64,000 nt of DNA from Acidobacteriota bacterium. Lineage in GTDB: Bacteria > Acidobacteriota > UBA6911 > RPQK01 > JADFOI01. Shown piece by piece: positions 9,010-20,131 of this stretch. The position numbers and the translations under genes were made by a program. The DNA is taken from NCBI GenBank assembly GCA_963663035.1, contig OY760074.1:256001-320000 (forward strand). Direction: 5' to 3'. Within the stretch, counting starts at the first letter, position 1. Each line of letters opens with the position of its first letter. The notes beneath the pieces are model-generated. The model was given only the letters and a program-made list of their open reading frames with translations. It ran no database searches and was not told the origin of the DNA.

Positions 9010-10947
9010 TCAGGTTGGGGACCCACCTAGAAGGATTCCCGGATAGAGGGGTACCGAGAGGAGTTGAACAAACAAGAGATGTATTGTGAGAGAAAGGACG
9101 AGCGCAAGGCTCAGAGACAACAACCAACTCTCCTTGTGTATCCGCAAGTAAACAACGGTAAAGACCGGAAGCACAAAAGTAAATCCTACCAGGTAAATTC
9201 CCAACACGAAGCAAAGGATCGATAGGGAAGCCCGGATGGAAGAGCCATATTGACCAGGACGGAGGTCCGATAGGAATTGTGCCCACCTCAAATGCCTGGT
9301 TTGGGAATAAAGTTCTGTGGAGAGAAGGCCGATCATGGGAATTCCAATGACCCACGGTCCCAACATCGCCCGCGGAGAGTATTGAAGAGAAAGGGCCAGC
9401 CCGGACAGAGAAATGGCGAAGAGCAGGAAGGTGAAGGCGAAGCCAAACACCGAAGTGGAGTCTGAAGAAGCGGGCGCCACACGTTGCCTAGTCCTGTGAG
9501 TATAAACGAGTCCGGCCAGGGTCAAAGCGATCAGAACCATCGACACCGGTCTCAGGAAGAAGGTGCTTCCATAGGCGCCTAAGGAGATGTACAGATTGGT
9601 CTCCACGATCTGGCCCAGGATAAAGCCCAGAAGCAGTGCCGGGAGATTGTAGCCAAGGGCTTTCATGGCCCAGCCGAAGGCTCCCAGAAGCAGCATCATG
9701 AAGAGATCTGAAATGTTTGTCTCGGTACTGAAGGCTCCCACCGTGATCAGGATAAGGATCACGGGAAACAGGATAGGAGCCCGCACGAAGGCAACTTTTG
9801 CCAAGCTGTTTGTGAGGAGCAGAATCAGGATACAGGCCAGTACATTGGCTAAAACCAGGGTCGCAATCAGCGAGAAGACGATATCGGCATGATCGGTCAA
9901 CAGAGCGGGCCCAGGTGTCAGACCCACAATTAAGAAGGCTCCCAACAAGATCGCCATCGAGGCACTTCCAGGAATTCCAAAGGCCAAGGTAGGCAAGAGG
10001 GCACCACCTTCCTTGGCATTGTTGGCGCTTTCGGGTGCGATGACTCCTTCGATATGGCCGGAGCCGAATTCCTGGGAATGCTTTGAAGTTTGTTTCGCAT
10101 AACCATAGGCAACAAAAGGCGCCGTCTCGCCGCCCACGCCTGGAATGATTCCCACCACACATCCAATCGCAGAACAGCGCAGGACCAGCCACCAGTGGCT
10201 CAAAGCGCTTCGGATTCCCTCCACTAGATCCGCCTTGATAGCCGTGCCAGGCCTCTCAACCTGGGCCAGCGCTTTGCCTTTTGTGGCCAAATCCAAGAGG
10301 GTCGGAATTGCGAAGAGCCCCAGAACCAGCGGAATCAGTTTGATGCCGTCGTAAAGGTAGAGGCTGCCAAAAGTAAATCGCGGCACCCCGGTCAGTCCCT
10401 GATAGCCCACGAAAGAAAACAAGATACCCACTCCTCCGGAGACCAGCCCTTTCACAGTAGATTCCCTGGAGATGATGGCGATGAAAGAGAGGGCAAGGAT
10501 CCCGAAAAAAAATGTTTCGGGTGAGCCAAAGACCATCACCACGCTGGAGACCACTGGAATCAGGGCAGCCAGCACGAAAGCCCCGAAGCATCCTCCCAGC
10601 ATGGAGGCGACGAAGGCTGCACCCAGGGCCTGGCCGGACTTTCCTTTTTTCGTTAAGGGAAAGCCATCAATGAGGGTGGCTGCATTGGGTGAAGCCCCTG
10701 GAATATTGAGGAGGATGGCGGTCACGGCTCCCCCCGAGTAGACGACCGAGTGAACCGCCAGCAGGAAGGTCAGAGCATGGACGCGCTCCATGTCATAAAT
10801 CAGAGGGGTGAGAATGGCCAGGGCCACAATCCCGCTGAGACCCGGGAGAATTCCAAACAGGAGGCCGATGACCACCCCGATGACAATGAGCACCAGGATA
10901 TCCGGCTGAAAAATGGTGAGTGTTCCTGTGACGATGGCTTCAAGCAT
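9010..10947 (-). CDS. tctA: TctA permease with a fused C-terminal TctB-like domain
   Basis: GILPGL, AILLNIPG, GIIPGVGG, APESANNA, LAFGIPGS; about 150-aa extra hydrophobic C-terminus ending LLSVPLYPG. Confidence 0.85.
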   Translation of the reverse strand: MLEAIVTGTLTIFQPDILVLIVIGVVIGLLFGILPGLSGIVALAILTPLIYDMERVHALTFLLAVHSVVYSGGAVTAILLNIPGASPNAATLIDGFPLTKKGKSGQALGAAFVASMLGGCFGAFVLAALIPVVSSVVMVFGSPETFFFGILALSFIAIISRESTVKGLVSGGVGILFSFVGYQGLTGVPRFTFGSLYLYDGIKLIPLVLGLFAIPTLLDLATKGKALAQVERPGTAIKADLVEGIRSALSHWWLVLRCSAIGCVVGIIPGVGGETAPFVAYGYAKQTSKHSQEFGSGHIEGVIAPESANNAKEGGALLPTLAFGIPGSASMAILLGAFLIVGLTPGPALLTDHADIVFSLIATLVLANVLACILILLLTNSLAKVAFVRAPILFPVILILITVGAFSTETNISDLFMMLLLGAFGWAMKALGYNLPALLLGFILGQIVETNLYISLGAYGSTFFLRPVSMVLIALTLAGLVYTHRTRQRVAPASSDSTSVFGFAFTFLLFAISLSGLALSLQYSPRAMLGPWVIGIPMIGLLSTELYSQTRHLRWAQFLSDLRPGQYGSSIRASLSILCFVLGIYLVGFTFVLPVFTVVYLRIHKESWLLSLSLALVLSLTIHLLFVQLLSVPLYPGILLGGSPT

Positions 10948-11040
10948 TTTTCACAGCTGTAGTGCCGTCGATGAGGATTTTGATTCTACAATGAATCAGT
11001 CGGAAGGGAAACGTGGGGACAGGAGAGTGGCTAGGCGGGA

Positions 11041-11691
11041 TTATGCCTTATTCCGGCTACACCGGATCAAAGGCCGGTAGTACCGTGCCGGTATCCTCTG
11101 ATCAACAGCACGGACTGACGGCTGGCTTTGCCTCCTGCCTGATAGCCTGTGAAGCTTCTCATTCAGCTGGTAAAAGTCTTCGGCATCTCTAATGCAGAAG
11201 AAGTCCAGTCGCAAGCGTAGACGCGTGTCCACTGGAATCTCGGGTGCAAGGATCTCGATGGAGTTCATAGAGTAGGTCATGACTTCGTTACTAAAGTGGA
11301 CCTGCATGTTGACAAACAAACTGCAAAGGAGAACGAGCATGGCCATGACGTTAAACAGGACATGATGCTTGGCGAATTGGAAAAGTGTTTCTATTGACTC
11401 TCTGGGACTTGTCCTGCTCAGGATGAAGTTGGCGGCCCACAGGCTGACATAGCCGATTGCCACTACCATGAGTGCCAGGATGCTGAGGTAGGCGAACGCA
11501 TTCATCAGTTCAAAGCCTTTGGTTGCTTCTCGGTAGATGGCGTCTCGGAATGAGGGCGAGATTGCCGCCAGAAGTCTTACCGCCCAGTCCATTGGCGAGA
11601 ATAAACCTTGCCAGACACCATAGGCAAGACTACCTAACAAAAGTACGGCCTTGATGCGCCCCAGAATCAAAAGCTTGTGACCCATTTTCAC
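11041..11691 (-). CDS. Hypothetical membrane protein
   Basis: About 3 hydrophobic segments; GGAGAGG upstream of GTG; no family recognised. Confidence 0.55.
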   Translation of the reverse strand: MKMGHKLLILGRIKAVLLLGSLAYGVWQGLFSPMDWAVRLLAAISPSFRDAIYREATKGFELMNAFAYLSILALMVVAIGYVSLWAANFILSRTSPRESIETLFQFAKHHVLFNVMAMLVLLCSLFVNMQVHFSNEVMTYSMNSIEILAPEIPVDTRLRLRLDFFCIRDAEDFYQLNEKLHRLSGRRQSQPSVRAVDQRIPARYYRPLIRCSRNKA

Positions 11692-11772
11692 TTCACCTCT
11701 CCCTGTATAATCGGTTTGTTACCTTATCCTTAAACTATCGGTTTGTTCTAAAGACTACCTCGTCGACTGAAA

Positions 11773-13152
11773 GAGGTTCCGTCAATAAGTGTGTAAATAG
11801 ACATCAGGCGGCTTTCTCCTGGGTGACTGGGTTGACTGGAACTCCATTGACATATTGGGCTCCTTGGTAGACATCCTTCATCAAGTGGGGAGCCTTCAAA
11901 CGGCGAAATCTCTTCTCAGCGACCAGCAGCATCTTCCAGATGACAGCCCGTGCGTTGGCCACTTTCTTGAACCTTCGAGCAGCATCGGTTCGCAGTCGCA
12001 GAGCAGAGAAGGGAGACTCCACTGGGTTGGTAGTCCGCAGATGTTGCCACTGCTGTTTGGGATAGTTGTAAAACGTCACCATCCGCTCCCAGTCCTGGTC
12101 GATCAGATCAGCCGCTGCCTCCAGGCCTCTCTTGCTACACCAATGTTGGAATCGTCCTTTGACTCGCTCGGCTTCCTGCCGTGTTTCTGCATAAGGGATC
12201 TGCCGCAACATCAACAAGGCCGCTTTGTGCCGACTCTTGGGGATCTTGGCCAGCAAGTTGACGATGCGATGATTCCAGCATCTCTGCTCGTCGGCTTCTG
12301 GGAACACGTTGCGCAACGCTCCCCAGATCCCCAGATGCCCGTCAGCGATCACCAGACGGGGTGGGTTCATCCCCCGCTCTTTGAGATCCCGCAGCACTGC
12401 GGACCAGCTCTGGGTCGATTCTCGATAACCACTACTGACGGACACCACCACTTTAGTGCCATCACTTAAAGCGGCGATCACTACCAGAATCACGGCCTTC
12501 TCCTTCTCCAGCCCTGCTTTGATGTACACGCCGTCCGCCCACAAATACACGACTTCCAGATCATCCAGCCGACGGCTCTGCCAGGCCTCCATTTCTCCCT
12601 GCCACTTCTGTTTCAACCGGGCTACGGTGCTGGGGGACAGCGGCGCTTCTTCCCCTAAAAGCCCTCTCAAGGCCAGATCGAAATCCCCCTCGGCCAGACC
12701 ATGTAAATAGAGTTCTGGAATCAAGTCTCGTACCTCTCGCGTTCGCTTGGCAAACAGCGGCAAGACCCGGCTCTCAAAACGCTCTTCCAGATCCCGCACT
12801 CGGGGACGCCGCAGCTTGATCGTTCCGCAACTCATCGTCAGTCGCCGCTCCTTGCCGTAGCCGTTGCGATAGCCACCGGAGGCGTCCACTTCTCGGCGAC
12901 GCTCATTCTTTCTTCGTCCCAGCAGCTGTGTCACTTCATCCTCCAGCAGTTCCTGTACGTAAAACTGGATCTGCTCTCGCACCCACTCTTCCAGCTGTTC
13001 AAAGCAGACTCTTGACTCCACACTGTGATCAATGTTCTTCTTGCTCATGGCGGTGTGACTCCTTCCTTTCGGGCTCTTCCGCCCGGGTTTTTATTTTCAC
13101 CCGGAAGGATAATCACCGCCTGTGCTATTTACACACCTTTTGAGGGTAGCTC
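11773..13152 (-). mobile_element. IS256-family insertion sequence (1380 bp)
   Basis: Imperfect 28-bp TIRs (gaggttccgtcaataagtgtgtaaatag / ctatttacacaccttttgagggtagctc); 9-bp direct repeat CGACTGAAA at 11764-11772 and 13153-13161. Confidence 0.95.
11804..13048 (-). CDS. IS256-family transposase
   Basis: YRNGY, PRVR, YLWADG, IADG, QRCWNH, RTTNPVES motifs. Confidence 0.95.
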   Translation of the reverse strand: MSKKNIDHSVESRVCFEQLEEWVREQIQFYVQELLEDEVTQLLGRRKNERRREVDASGGYRNGYGKERRLTMSCGTIKLRRPRVRDLEERFESRVLPLFAKRTREVRDLIPELYLHGLAEGDFDLALRGLLGEEAPLSPSTVARLKQKWQGEMEAWQSRRLDDLEVVYLWADGVYIKAGLEKEKAVILVVIAALSDGTKVVVSVSSGYRESTQSWSAVLRDLKERGMNPPRLVIADGHLGIWGALRNVFPEADEQRCWNHRIVNLLAKIPKSRHKAALLMLRQIPYAETRQEAERVKGRFQHWCSKRGLEAAADLIDQDWERMVTFYNYPKQQWQHLRTTNPVESPFSALRLRTDAARRFKKVANARAVIWKMLLVAEKRFRRLKAPHLMKDVYQGAQYVNGVPVNPVTQEKAA

Positions 13153-13230
13153 CGACTGAAATGATCGGTTTGCTAGTCGACGAATCTGAACGGCAGAAGA
13201 GTAGACTGCTGAGTAGCTACCCTTCTGGAC

Positions 13231-13464
13231 TTAAACGGCTTGTCTACTGACGAGTTGCTCAACTGGACGAGACGCGGCCTGATACGTGCTGTCATCCAAG
13301 GGCCACGGTTCAAGCCAAAGCTCTCCAACATTCTGGCCGGAGAACAGTTTCTCCGTCATCTGCTGTGAGAGTTTTGCTACTTCTTCTGTGGATCCATTCG
13401 ATCTTAGCGACAGGAACTTAATCTCCCCTTCGACATCAGCTAGAACTAGATATTTATTTGACAT
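13231..13464 (-). CDS. Small hypothetical protein (77 aa)
   Basis: ATG ORF directly downstream of a sigma54-like promoter; no family recognised. Confidence 0.5.
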   Translation of the reverse strand: MSNKYLVLADVEGEIKFLSLRSNGSTEEVAKLSQQMTEKLFSGQNVGELWLEPWPLDDSTYQAASRPVEQLVSRQAV

Positions 13465-13477
13465 GCCAAACTAATAA

Positions 13478-13492
13478 GCAAGTTCTGTTCCA
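13478..13492 (-). promoter_or_regulatory. Putative sigma54 (-24/-12) promoter
   Basis: Minus strand TGGAACAGAACTTGC has GG-N10-GC and one mismatch to TGGCAC-N5-TTGC. Confidence 0.5.
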
Positions 13493-13671
13493 AAGTGTAG
13501 AAGTATCGGTAATGCTTGCCCAGCAGCCAGCATTTCTGGGCTTTTCAAAGGAGTTCAAGCACTTCCCCAGTGGCTGGTAAAATGACCGAAAGTGTCAACG
13601 CAGGTTTACACCGGTTAATCTGCGGAAACAGCGCGCAGGCCTAGCCGAGCACGCTCCGCGCGCCTTCCAGG

Positions 13672-13768
13672 TTTGGGATTTGGGATTTGTTTGGGATTTG
13701 GAATCTCCGACTGTCAGCTGTCAGTTGTCAGCGTTTCGCCGGTCAGCCGGTCAGCCGGTCAGCCGGTC
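13672..13768. repeat. Cluster of short tandem repeats (TTTGGGA, CTGTCAG, GCCGGTCA)
   Basis: Three adjacent runs of 7-mers and 8-mers are directly visible. Confidence 0.75.
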
Positions 13769-14753
13769 CAGGGGCAGGCCACGGCGCGCCCGTTCTTTAT
13801 TTCCAGAACCGGGTCTTCTTCCGAACAGGAAGGGCGGGCTATGGGGCATCGGGTGTGAAAGCTGCATCCAGAGGGTTTTCGGATTGGATTCGGTACATCC
13901 CCCTCCAGACGGATCCGCTCCTCATGGGTTGCCAGCGGGTCTGGACGGGGAACCGCCGAGAGCAGGGCCTGGGAATAGGGATGCAAAGGGTTTTTGTAAA
14001 CACTCTCGCCCTGGCCCAGTTCCACGATGTTTCCCAGATACATGACCGCTATTCGATCTGAGATGTGACGCACCACCGATAGGTCGTGAGCAATGAAGAT
14101 ATAGGAGAGATTGAACTCTTCCTGCAGGTCCTGCATCAGATTGACCACCTGAGCTTGAATGGACACATCCAGTGCGCTGACCGGCTCGTCCGCTATGACA
14201 ATTTCGGGATTCGTCGACAGCGCCCGGGCGATGCCGATGCGCTGGCGTTGTCCACCGGAAAACTCATGGGGATAGCGAGCGGCGTGCTCGCCCGCCAAAC
14301 CCACCTTTTCCAGCAGCCAGACCACCTTATCGCGGCGTTCACTGGCAGAAAAGTCGGAATGGATTTTGAGAGGCTCCCCCACAATCTGACCGACCGTCAT
14401 GCGCGGGTTGAGCGAGGAATAGGGATCCTGAAAAATCATCTGAATAGCGGAGCGGTAAGGACGCATCTGCGACCGGCTTAAGCTGGTGAGGTCCACACTC
14501 TCTCCGCCATGGTGATAGAGGATCTCACCCGAGATCTCAACACCATAACTCATGGCATGCAGGATGTTGACGATGGCGCGGCCCACCGTGCTCTTGCCGC
14601 AGCCCGACTCTCCGACCAGGCCCAGGGTCTCACCTTTGAGAAGATCAAAGCTCATGCCGTCGACGGCCTTTACCTCGGCAATCTTGCGCAGCAGGACCCC
14701 CCCGAAAACGGAAAATCGAACGCGGAGATCCTTGACCTCGAGAATCTTCTCCA

Positions 14754-14754
<1 letters not shown>
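13759..14754 (-). CDS. oppF: Oligopeptide ABC transporter ATP-binding protein (OppF/AppF type)
   Basis: [27 protein letters not shown]...C-x-FHTRC. Confidence 0.9.
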
Positions 14755-15755
<1,001 letters not shown>

Positions 15756-15776
15756 AAACGCGCAAGAGGCAAACCT

Positions 15777-15852
15777 GCCCGCAGGCTAAAGCCTGCGGCT
15801 CTGATCGGAAGAAACGAGGAACAGTCAGAGCCGTGGGCTTTAGCCCACGGGC
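15777..15852. repeat. Family B REP-like doublet (inverted pair)
   Basis: gcccgcaggctaaagcctgcggctctga ... tcagagccgtgggctttagcccacgggc. Confidence 0.85.
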
Positions 15853-15897
15853 CATCTTGACCAGGCGACTTCTGAATGATCCGGGCGCTGAGAATTA

Positions 15898-16983
15898 TCA
15901 TCGCAATCTGGAAAACTCCTTGGGGTCGAAGGCTTCACGAAAGGCTTCCCCAATCAGGACGACCAGGAGCAGGGTCAGAAAGAGGGCCGCCAGAGGGAAA
16001 AAGACCAACCACCACTTGGTCAGCAAACTCATGCCCTGGCCAATCAGTTCTCCCCAACTGGGAGTGGGGGCGGGTAGTCCGAATCCCAGGAAGTCCAGGG
16101 CCACCAGCGCGCCGATGTTGCCCACGATGGCAAAGGGAGCGAAGGAGACAATCGGATTGATGGCGTTGGGTAAAATATGCTTGAACATGATGGTCCAGTC
16201 CGATGCCCCCATGGCCAGTGCAGCCCCCACATAGTCTTTGGCCTTTTCACGGTAGAACTCCCCCCGGATGTAATAGGTGATTCCCATCCAGCCGAAGGCG
16301 GACAAAAGGAAGATCAGAAGCCAGAAGGAGGGCTGCAGCAGCTGACTCCTTCCCGGCAGGTAGATCGGCACGACGATCGAACTCACGATCATGATGGTGT
16401 AAAGAAAGGGAAGGGAGGACCAGATTTCGATGACCCGCTGTCCCAGAATATCCAGCTTTCCCCCGAAGTATCCAATCAATCCACCCACGGCAATTCCCAG
16501 CCCATAGCTGAAGGTGAGAACCAGCACGGCGAAGGTCATCGATATATTGAAGCCATAGGCGAGCCGCGCGAACACGTCGCGGCCTCGATCGTCGGTTCCG
16601 AAGAAATGCTGGAGGGAAGGCTCGTGAGGGGGAACGCCCTCTAGTTCCAGCAGTGATTCGTTGGGGTGATAGGGGTAGGGAGGCAGGATGACCCAGTTGC
16701 CCTGCCCTGCAGCAGAGAACTGATCCTTCAGTTGCCGGTAGTCCGGTTCGCCGATCGCCTCCAGGCCGAACTCCTCGGGACCGTAAAAGCGCAGCATGGG
16801 AAAGAAGTATTCGCCCTCATATCGCACCAAAAGCGGCTTGCTGTTCACGAGGAGGGGCAGTACGAACGAGATCAGGTAGGCGGCCACAATGATCAGGAAG
16901 GAGTAATAGCCCCGCTTGAGACTGCGGAACTTCCGCCAACGCTTGCGGAAGATGGATAGGGAGGGGGGCGGCACCTGGTTCAT
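15898..16983 (-). CDS. Peptide ABC permease (YejE/OppC-like)
   Basis: FGTDDRGRDVFARL, KHILPN, LDFLGFG, PSWGELI. Confidence 0.9.
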   Translation of the reverse strand: MNQVPPPSLSIFRKRWRKFRSLKRGYYSFLIIVAAYLISFVLPLLVNSKPLLVRYEGEYFFPMLRFYGPEEFGLEAIGEPDYRQLKDQFSAAGQGNWVILPPYPYHPNESLLELEGVPPHEPSLQHFFGTDDRGRDVFARLAYGFNISMTFAVLVLTFSYGLGIAVGGLIGYFGGKLDILGQRVIEIWSSLPFLYTIMIVSSIVVPIYLPGRSQLLQPSFWLLIFLLSAFGWMGITYYIRGEFYREKAKDYVGAALAMGASDWTIMFKHILPNAINPIVSFAPFAIVGNIGALVALDFLGFGLPAPTPSWGELIGQGMSLLTKWWLVFFPLAALFLTLLLVVLIGEAFREAFDPKEFSRLR

Positions 16984-18014
16984 TATCGAAACCGTATCCG
17001 CGGGTCGACGAACACGTAGATGACGTCCGAGATAATATTGCCCAACAGCATGAGAAGACTGGAAATGACCACGATGCCCAGGGCCACCGGATAGTCTCTT
17101 TGCAGGATCGAGGTATATCCCAGATAGCCCATTCCGTCGATATTAAACACCTTCTCGATCAGAAAGGAGCCGGCCAGAATCAGGCTGAAGAAGTGTCCCA
17201 GACCGGTGGCGATGGGGATCAGGGAATTTCGCAGGGCATGCAAAAAGATCACCCGCCGCTCACTCAAGCCCTTGGCAAAAGCGGTTCGGACATAGTCTTG
17301 TCCCAGGTTCTCCAGCAGCGAGTTCTTGGTCAGGATAGTGAGGGTGGCAAAGGAGCCGATCATATAGCAGACCACGGGAAGAAACATGTGGTGAAGCTGG
17401 GCCACGATTTTCTGGCCGAAATTCAAGAATTCCCAATTAGTGGGTCGGAAGCCGCCCAGGGGAAAGAAATCCCAGAAGCTTCCCCCTCCCAGAAACACCA
17501 GTAGGGCGGTCCCCAGTGCCCATCCAGGAATCGAGTAGCCCAGAAACACAATGAAGCTGGTGCTGAAATCGAAGCGCGATCCGTGTCGAATCGCCTTGAA
17601 GACCCCCAGGGGCACGCAAACCAGATAGCTCAGCAAAAAGCCCGTCAGTCCTAAGAATATGGAGACGGGGAAGCGCGATTTGATCACATCCCATACCGGC
17701 TCCTGGTAGATGTAGGATCGACCCAGATCGAGCCGCACCACGTTCCAGAGCCACTGGGCATAGCGAATAGCGACGGGCTTGTCGAAACCGTAGTATCGCC
17801 TCATCTCCTCCAGCGCTGCTTCAGGAATACCGGTATCCAGCCTCAGCCCTCCGCCGCTGGCCCCGCCCTCCTCAGCCAGCGCCATCTGGTAGCTCATGAT
17901 CCTGCGTTCGATGGGGCCGCCCGGGACGAAGTGCATGATCAGGAAGACGGCCAGTGTGATGCCCAAGAAGGTGGGAATGACCAGCAGGAACCGGCGGATG
18001 AAGTAGGCTGTCAT
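16983..18014 (-). CDS. Peptide ABC permease (YejB/OppB-like)
   Basis: YFIRR, PGGP, YGFDKP, DYVRTAFAKGL, VDPRI. Confidence 0.9.
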   Translation of the reverse strand: MTAYFIRRFLLVIPTFLGITLAVFLIMHFVPGGPIERRIMSYQMALAEEGGASGGGLRLDTGIPEAALEEMRRYYGFDKPVAIRYAQWLWNVVRLDLGRSYIYQEPVWDVIKSRFPVSIFLGLTGFLLSYLVCVPLGVFKAIRHGSRFDFSTSFIVFLGYSIPGWALGTALLVFLGGGSFWDFFPLGGFRPTNWEFLNFGQKIVAQLHHMFLPVVCYMIGSFATLTILTKNSLLENLGQDYVRTAFAKGLSERRVIFLHALRNSLIPIATGLGHFFSLILAGSFLIEKVFNIDGMGYLGYTSILQRDYPVALGIVVISSLLMLLGNIISDVIYVFVDPRIRFR

Positions 18015-19975
18015 GGGGTTTCTGTGGTATTGGTCTGCTGCTCGACTTGAGCAAAGTCCAGCCAGTACCGATCTTCTGATGGGCCGACTTCCAGTTGAAT
18101 GTCTGGATCACGCTGGGCCTGATCGAACTGCTCTAGTCTTTCCGGGTCGATCCACCACACTGAGGGAATGTCTGAGTAGTCCCCGATCCTGGTGAAAGTT
18201 CCTTCGGGGTATCCAAATTTATTCAAGTACACGACTCGCTTAAAGGGGGCCGTCCATTCCAGAATGTAGGGGTAGAGATTGGCCAGGATGCCATCAATCT
18301 CCCGAACGGCGGCAATGCGCTCATCCAGGTCGAACATCTCGTTATAGGCCTCGGTGATTTCATCGATTCTACGATTTTTGATCCCGGTGATATTGTTGGT
18401 ACCGTTCGGATCGGCCAGTGAAGAATGGTATTCGACCTCCGGATTCGGGAAAAGCGATCCGCCCCATAACATGGAGACCATCTCAAACTGTCTGTCCAGG
18501 ACGAGCTTCCACTGGGCCTCCGGTGTCACCAGCCGCAAATTCAGGGTAATTCCTACTTTCCTCAAGTCTTCCTGGTACACGGTGAAAATTCTTTCCGAGG
18601 TCTGGGAACGGTAAAGGAGCTCTATTTCCAAGGGCTGGCCATTTTTCACCAAGCGCCCTCTTTCGTCCCGATTCCTCCAGCCCGCCTCGGCCAGCAAATT
18701 CAGGGCGAGTTCCGGATCGTATAAGACTACGGGATTATTGGGGTTCTCATAGACGCCGCCGGCATAGTGGGAGTTCTGCAGCTGGTACTCGTTGTACATC
18801 AGCTTTTCGATCAGCTGCTCCCGATTGAAGAGGTGAAAGAGGGCCTTTCGCACCCGGATGTCGTCATAGGGTACTCTGCGCATATTGAATGCCAGACCCT
18901 GTACTCCGATAGCATCGTGATTGAAGATCTTCCGTTTTTGAATTAAACCTCTTTGTATCCGATCGAAATCCAGCTCCTCCACCCACATTTGGGCGCGGTT
19001 GACTATGTAGTAGTCGAGATCGCCTTTCTTGAACATTTCAAACTCCAGATTGCGGTCTCGAACCACGATTTCTTTGACCTGCTCAAAGTTATACAGGCCC
19101 ACATTTCGACGATGTTTTTCCGCCCAGTAATCCTGGCGCTTGCGGAGCGTCAAAGAGTTTCCCTTGTCGATATCTTCTTCCCGAACGAGGTAAGGGCCGG
19201 TGCCGGGAAGCATCTTGAAGTTGTAGTCACGGAGGTAGGTGGCTGCGTCCACATCTTTCAGGACATGGGCCGGGAAGAGCTGCAGCGAAGTTGAAAAAAG
19301 GAGGAAGTTCTGCCAGTTCACTTTGGCGCTATTGACCCGAACGATATATTTGCTCTCGGCAACGGGTCTTTCGAACTTACTCCAAACCATCTGATCCATC
19401 GGTGACTGCAATCCCTCATCCATGCTCAGATCCCAAGAAGCTACAGCGTCCTCGGCCGTGACCGGCTGGCCATCGGACCAGCGGGCATTGGGGTTGATTC
19501 GGAAGCGAAAGGTCATTTTATCGGGGGAGATTTGCCAGTGGGTGGCCAGGGCGGGGATGTATCCCATGGTGGTGGGATGCAGGCCCAGCAGCGTCTCGTA
19601 GACCAACGCCCCCAGCACATAGTAGTTTAGGGAGGTATTCGATTCCGGCCCCACCATCCGCATTGTGCCGGGAAAAGACCCTATTGGCTCCCTGAGCAAT
19701 CCCCCCTTCACGGCGCGAGGATCCCCAATGAAGTCAAACTCCGTATTGGTCTCCCAGCCCTCACCGGTGAAGCCCCTGCCTCCCTGCTCGGCAGAAACGG
19801 CCGGGTCTGCCCCGGCATCCGCATCCGGAAAGACCGGATAGTCGTTCTTGTCCATGGAGACCGGACCTCGGGGCTCCAGGCCGGGTGCTGATCCACCCCC
19901 GCCTATATCCAAGTAACTGCAGCCCAAGGCCGCCAAAAATCCACTCATCAAACAAATGTATAGGACTTTGCGCAT
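18011..19975 (-). CDS. Peptide ABC substrate-binding lipoprotein (YejA-like, SBP family 5)
   Basis: Lipobox ALGC; AVKGG, RWSDGQPVTAED, GTGPY, DIRVRKAL. Confidence 0.85.
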   Translation of the reverse strand: MRKVLYICLMSGFLAALGCSYLDIGGGGSAPGLEPRGPVSMDKNDYPVFPDADAGADPAVSAEQGGRGFTGEGWETNTEFDFIGDPRAVKGGLLREPIGSFPGTMRMVGPESNTSLNYYVLGALVYETLLGLHPTTMGYIPALATHWQISPDKMTFRFRINPNARWSDGQPVTAEDAVASWDLSMDEGLQSPMDQMVWSKFERPVAESKYIVRVNSAKVNWQNFLLFSTSLQLFPAHVLKDVDAATYLRDYNFKMLPGTGPYLVREEDIDKGNSLTLRKRQDYWAEKHRRNVGLYNFEQVKEIVVRDRNLEFEMFKKGDLDYYIVNRAQMWVEELDFDRIQRGLIQKRKIFNHDAIGVQGLAFNMRRVPYDDIRVRKALFHLFNREQLIEKLMYNEYQLQNSHYAGGVYENPNNPVVLYDPELALNLLAEAGWRNRDERGRLVKNGQPLEIELLYRSQTSERIFTVYQEDLRKVGITLNLRLVTPEAQWKLVLDRQFEMVSMLWGGSLFPNPEVEYHSSLADPNGTNNITGIKNRRIDEITEAYNEMFDLDERIAAVREIDGILANLYPYILEWTAPFKRVVYLNKFGYPEGTFTRIGDYSDIPSVWWIDPERLEQFDQAQRDPDIQLEVGPSEDRYWLDFAQVEQQTNTTETP

Positions 19976-20049
19976 TGTTTTGGTTCCTCCAGGTGAGAAC
20001 CATTGTAGAATGTCGATGACAGGGATGTAAAACGCCTGGCTGGCTCCGA

Positions 20050-20077
20050 TCAGAGCCGCAGGCTTTAGCCTGCGGGC
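20050..20077 (+). repeat. Family B REP-like hairpin
   Basis: tcagagccgcaggctttagcctgcgggc. Confidence 0.8.
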
Positions 20078-20131
20078 CAGCGGGGACTTAAACGCAGATC
20101 CGGAACTCTCTCCTGACTCCTGCCTTCTCTT

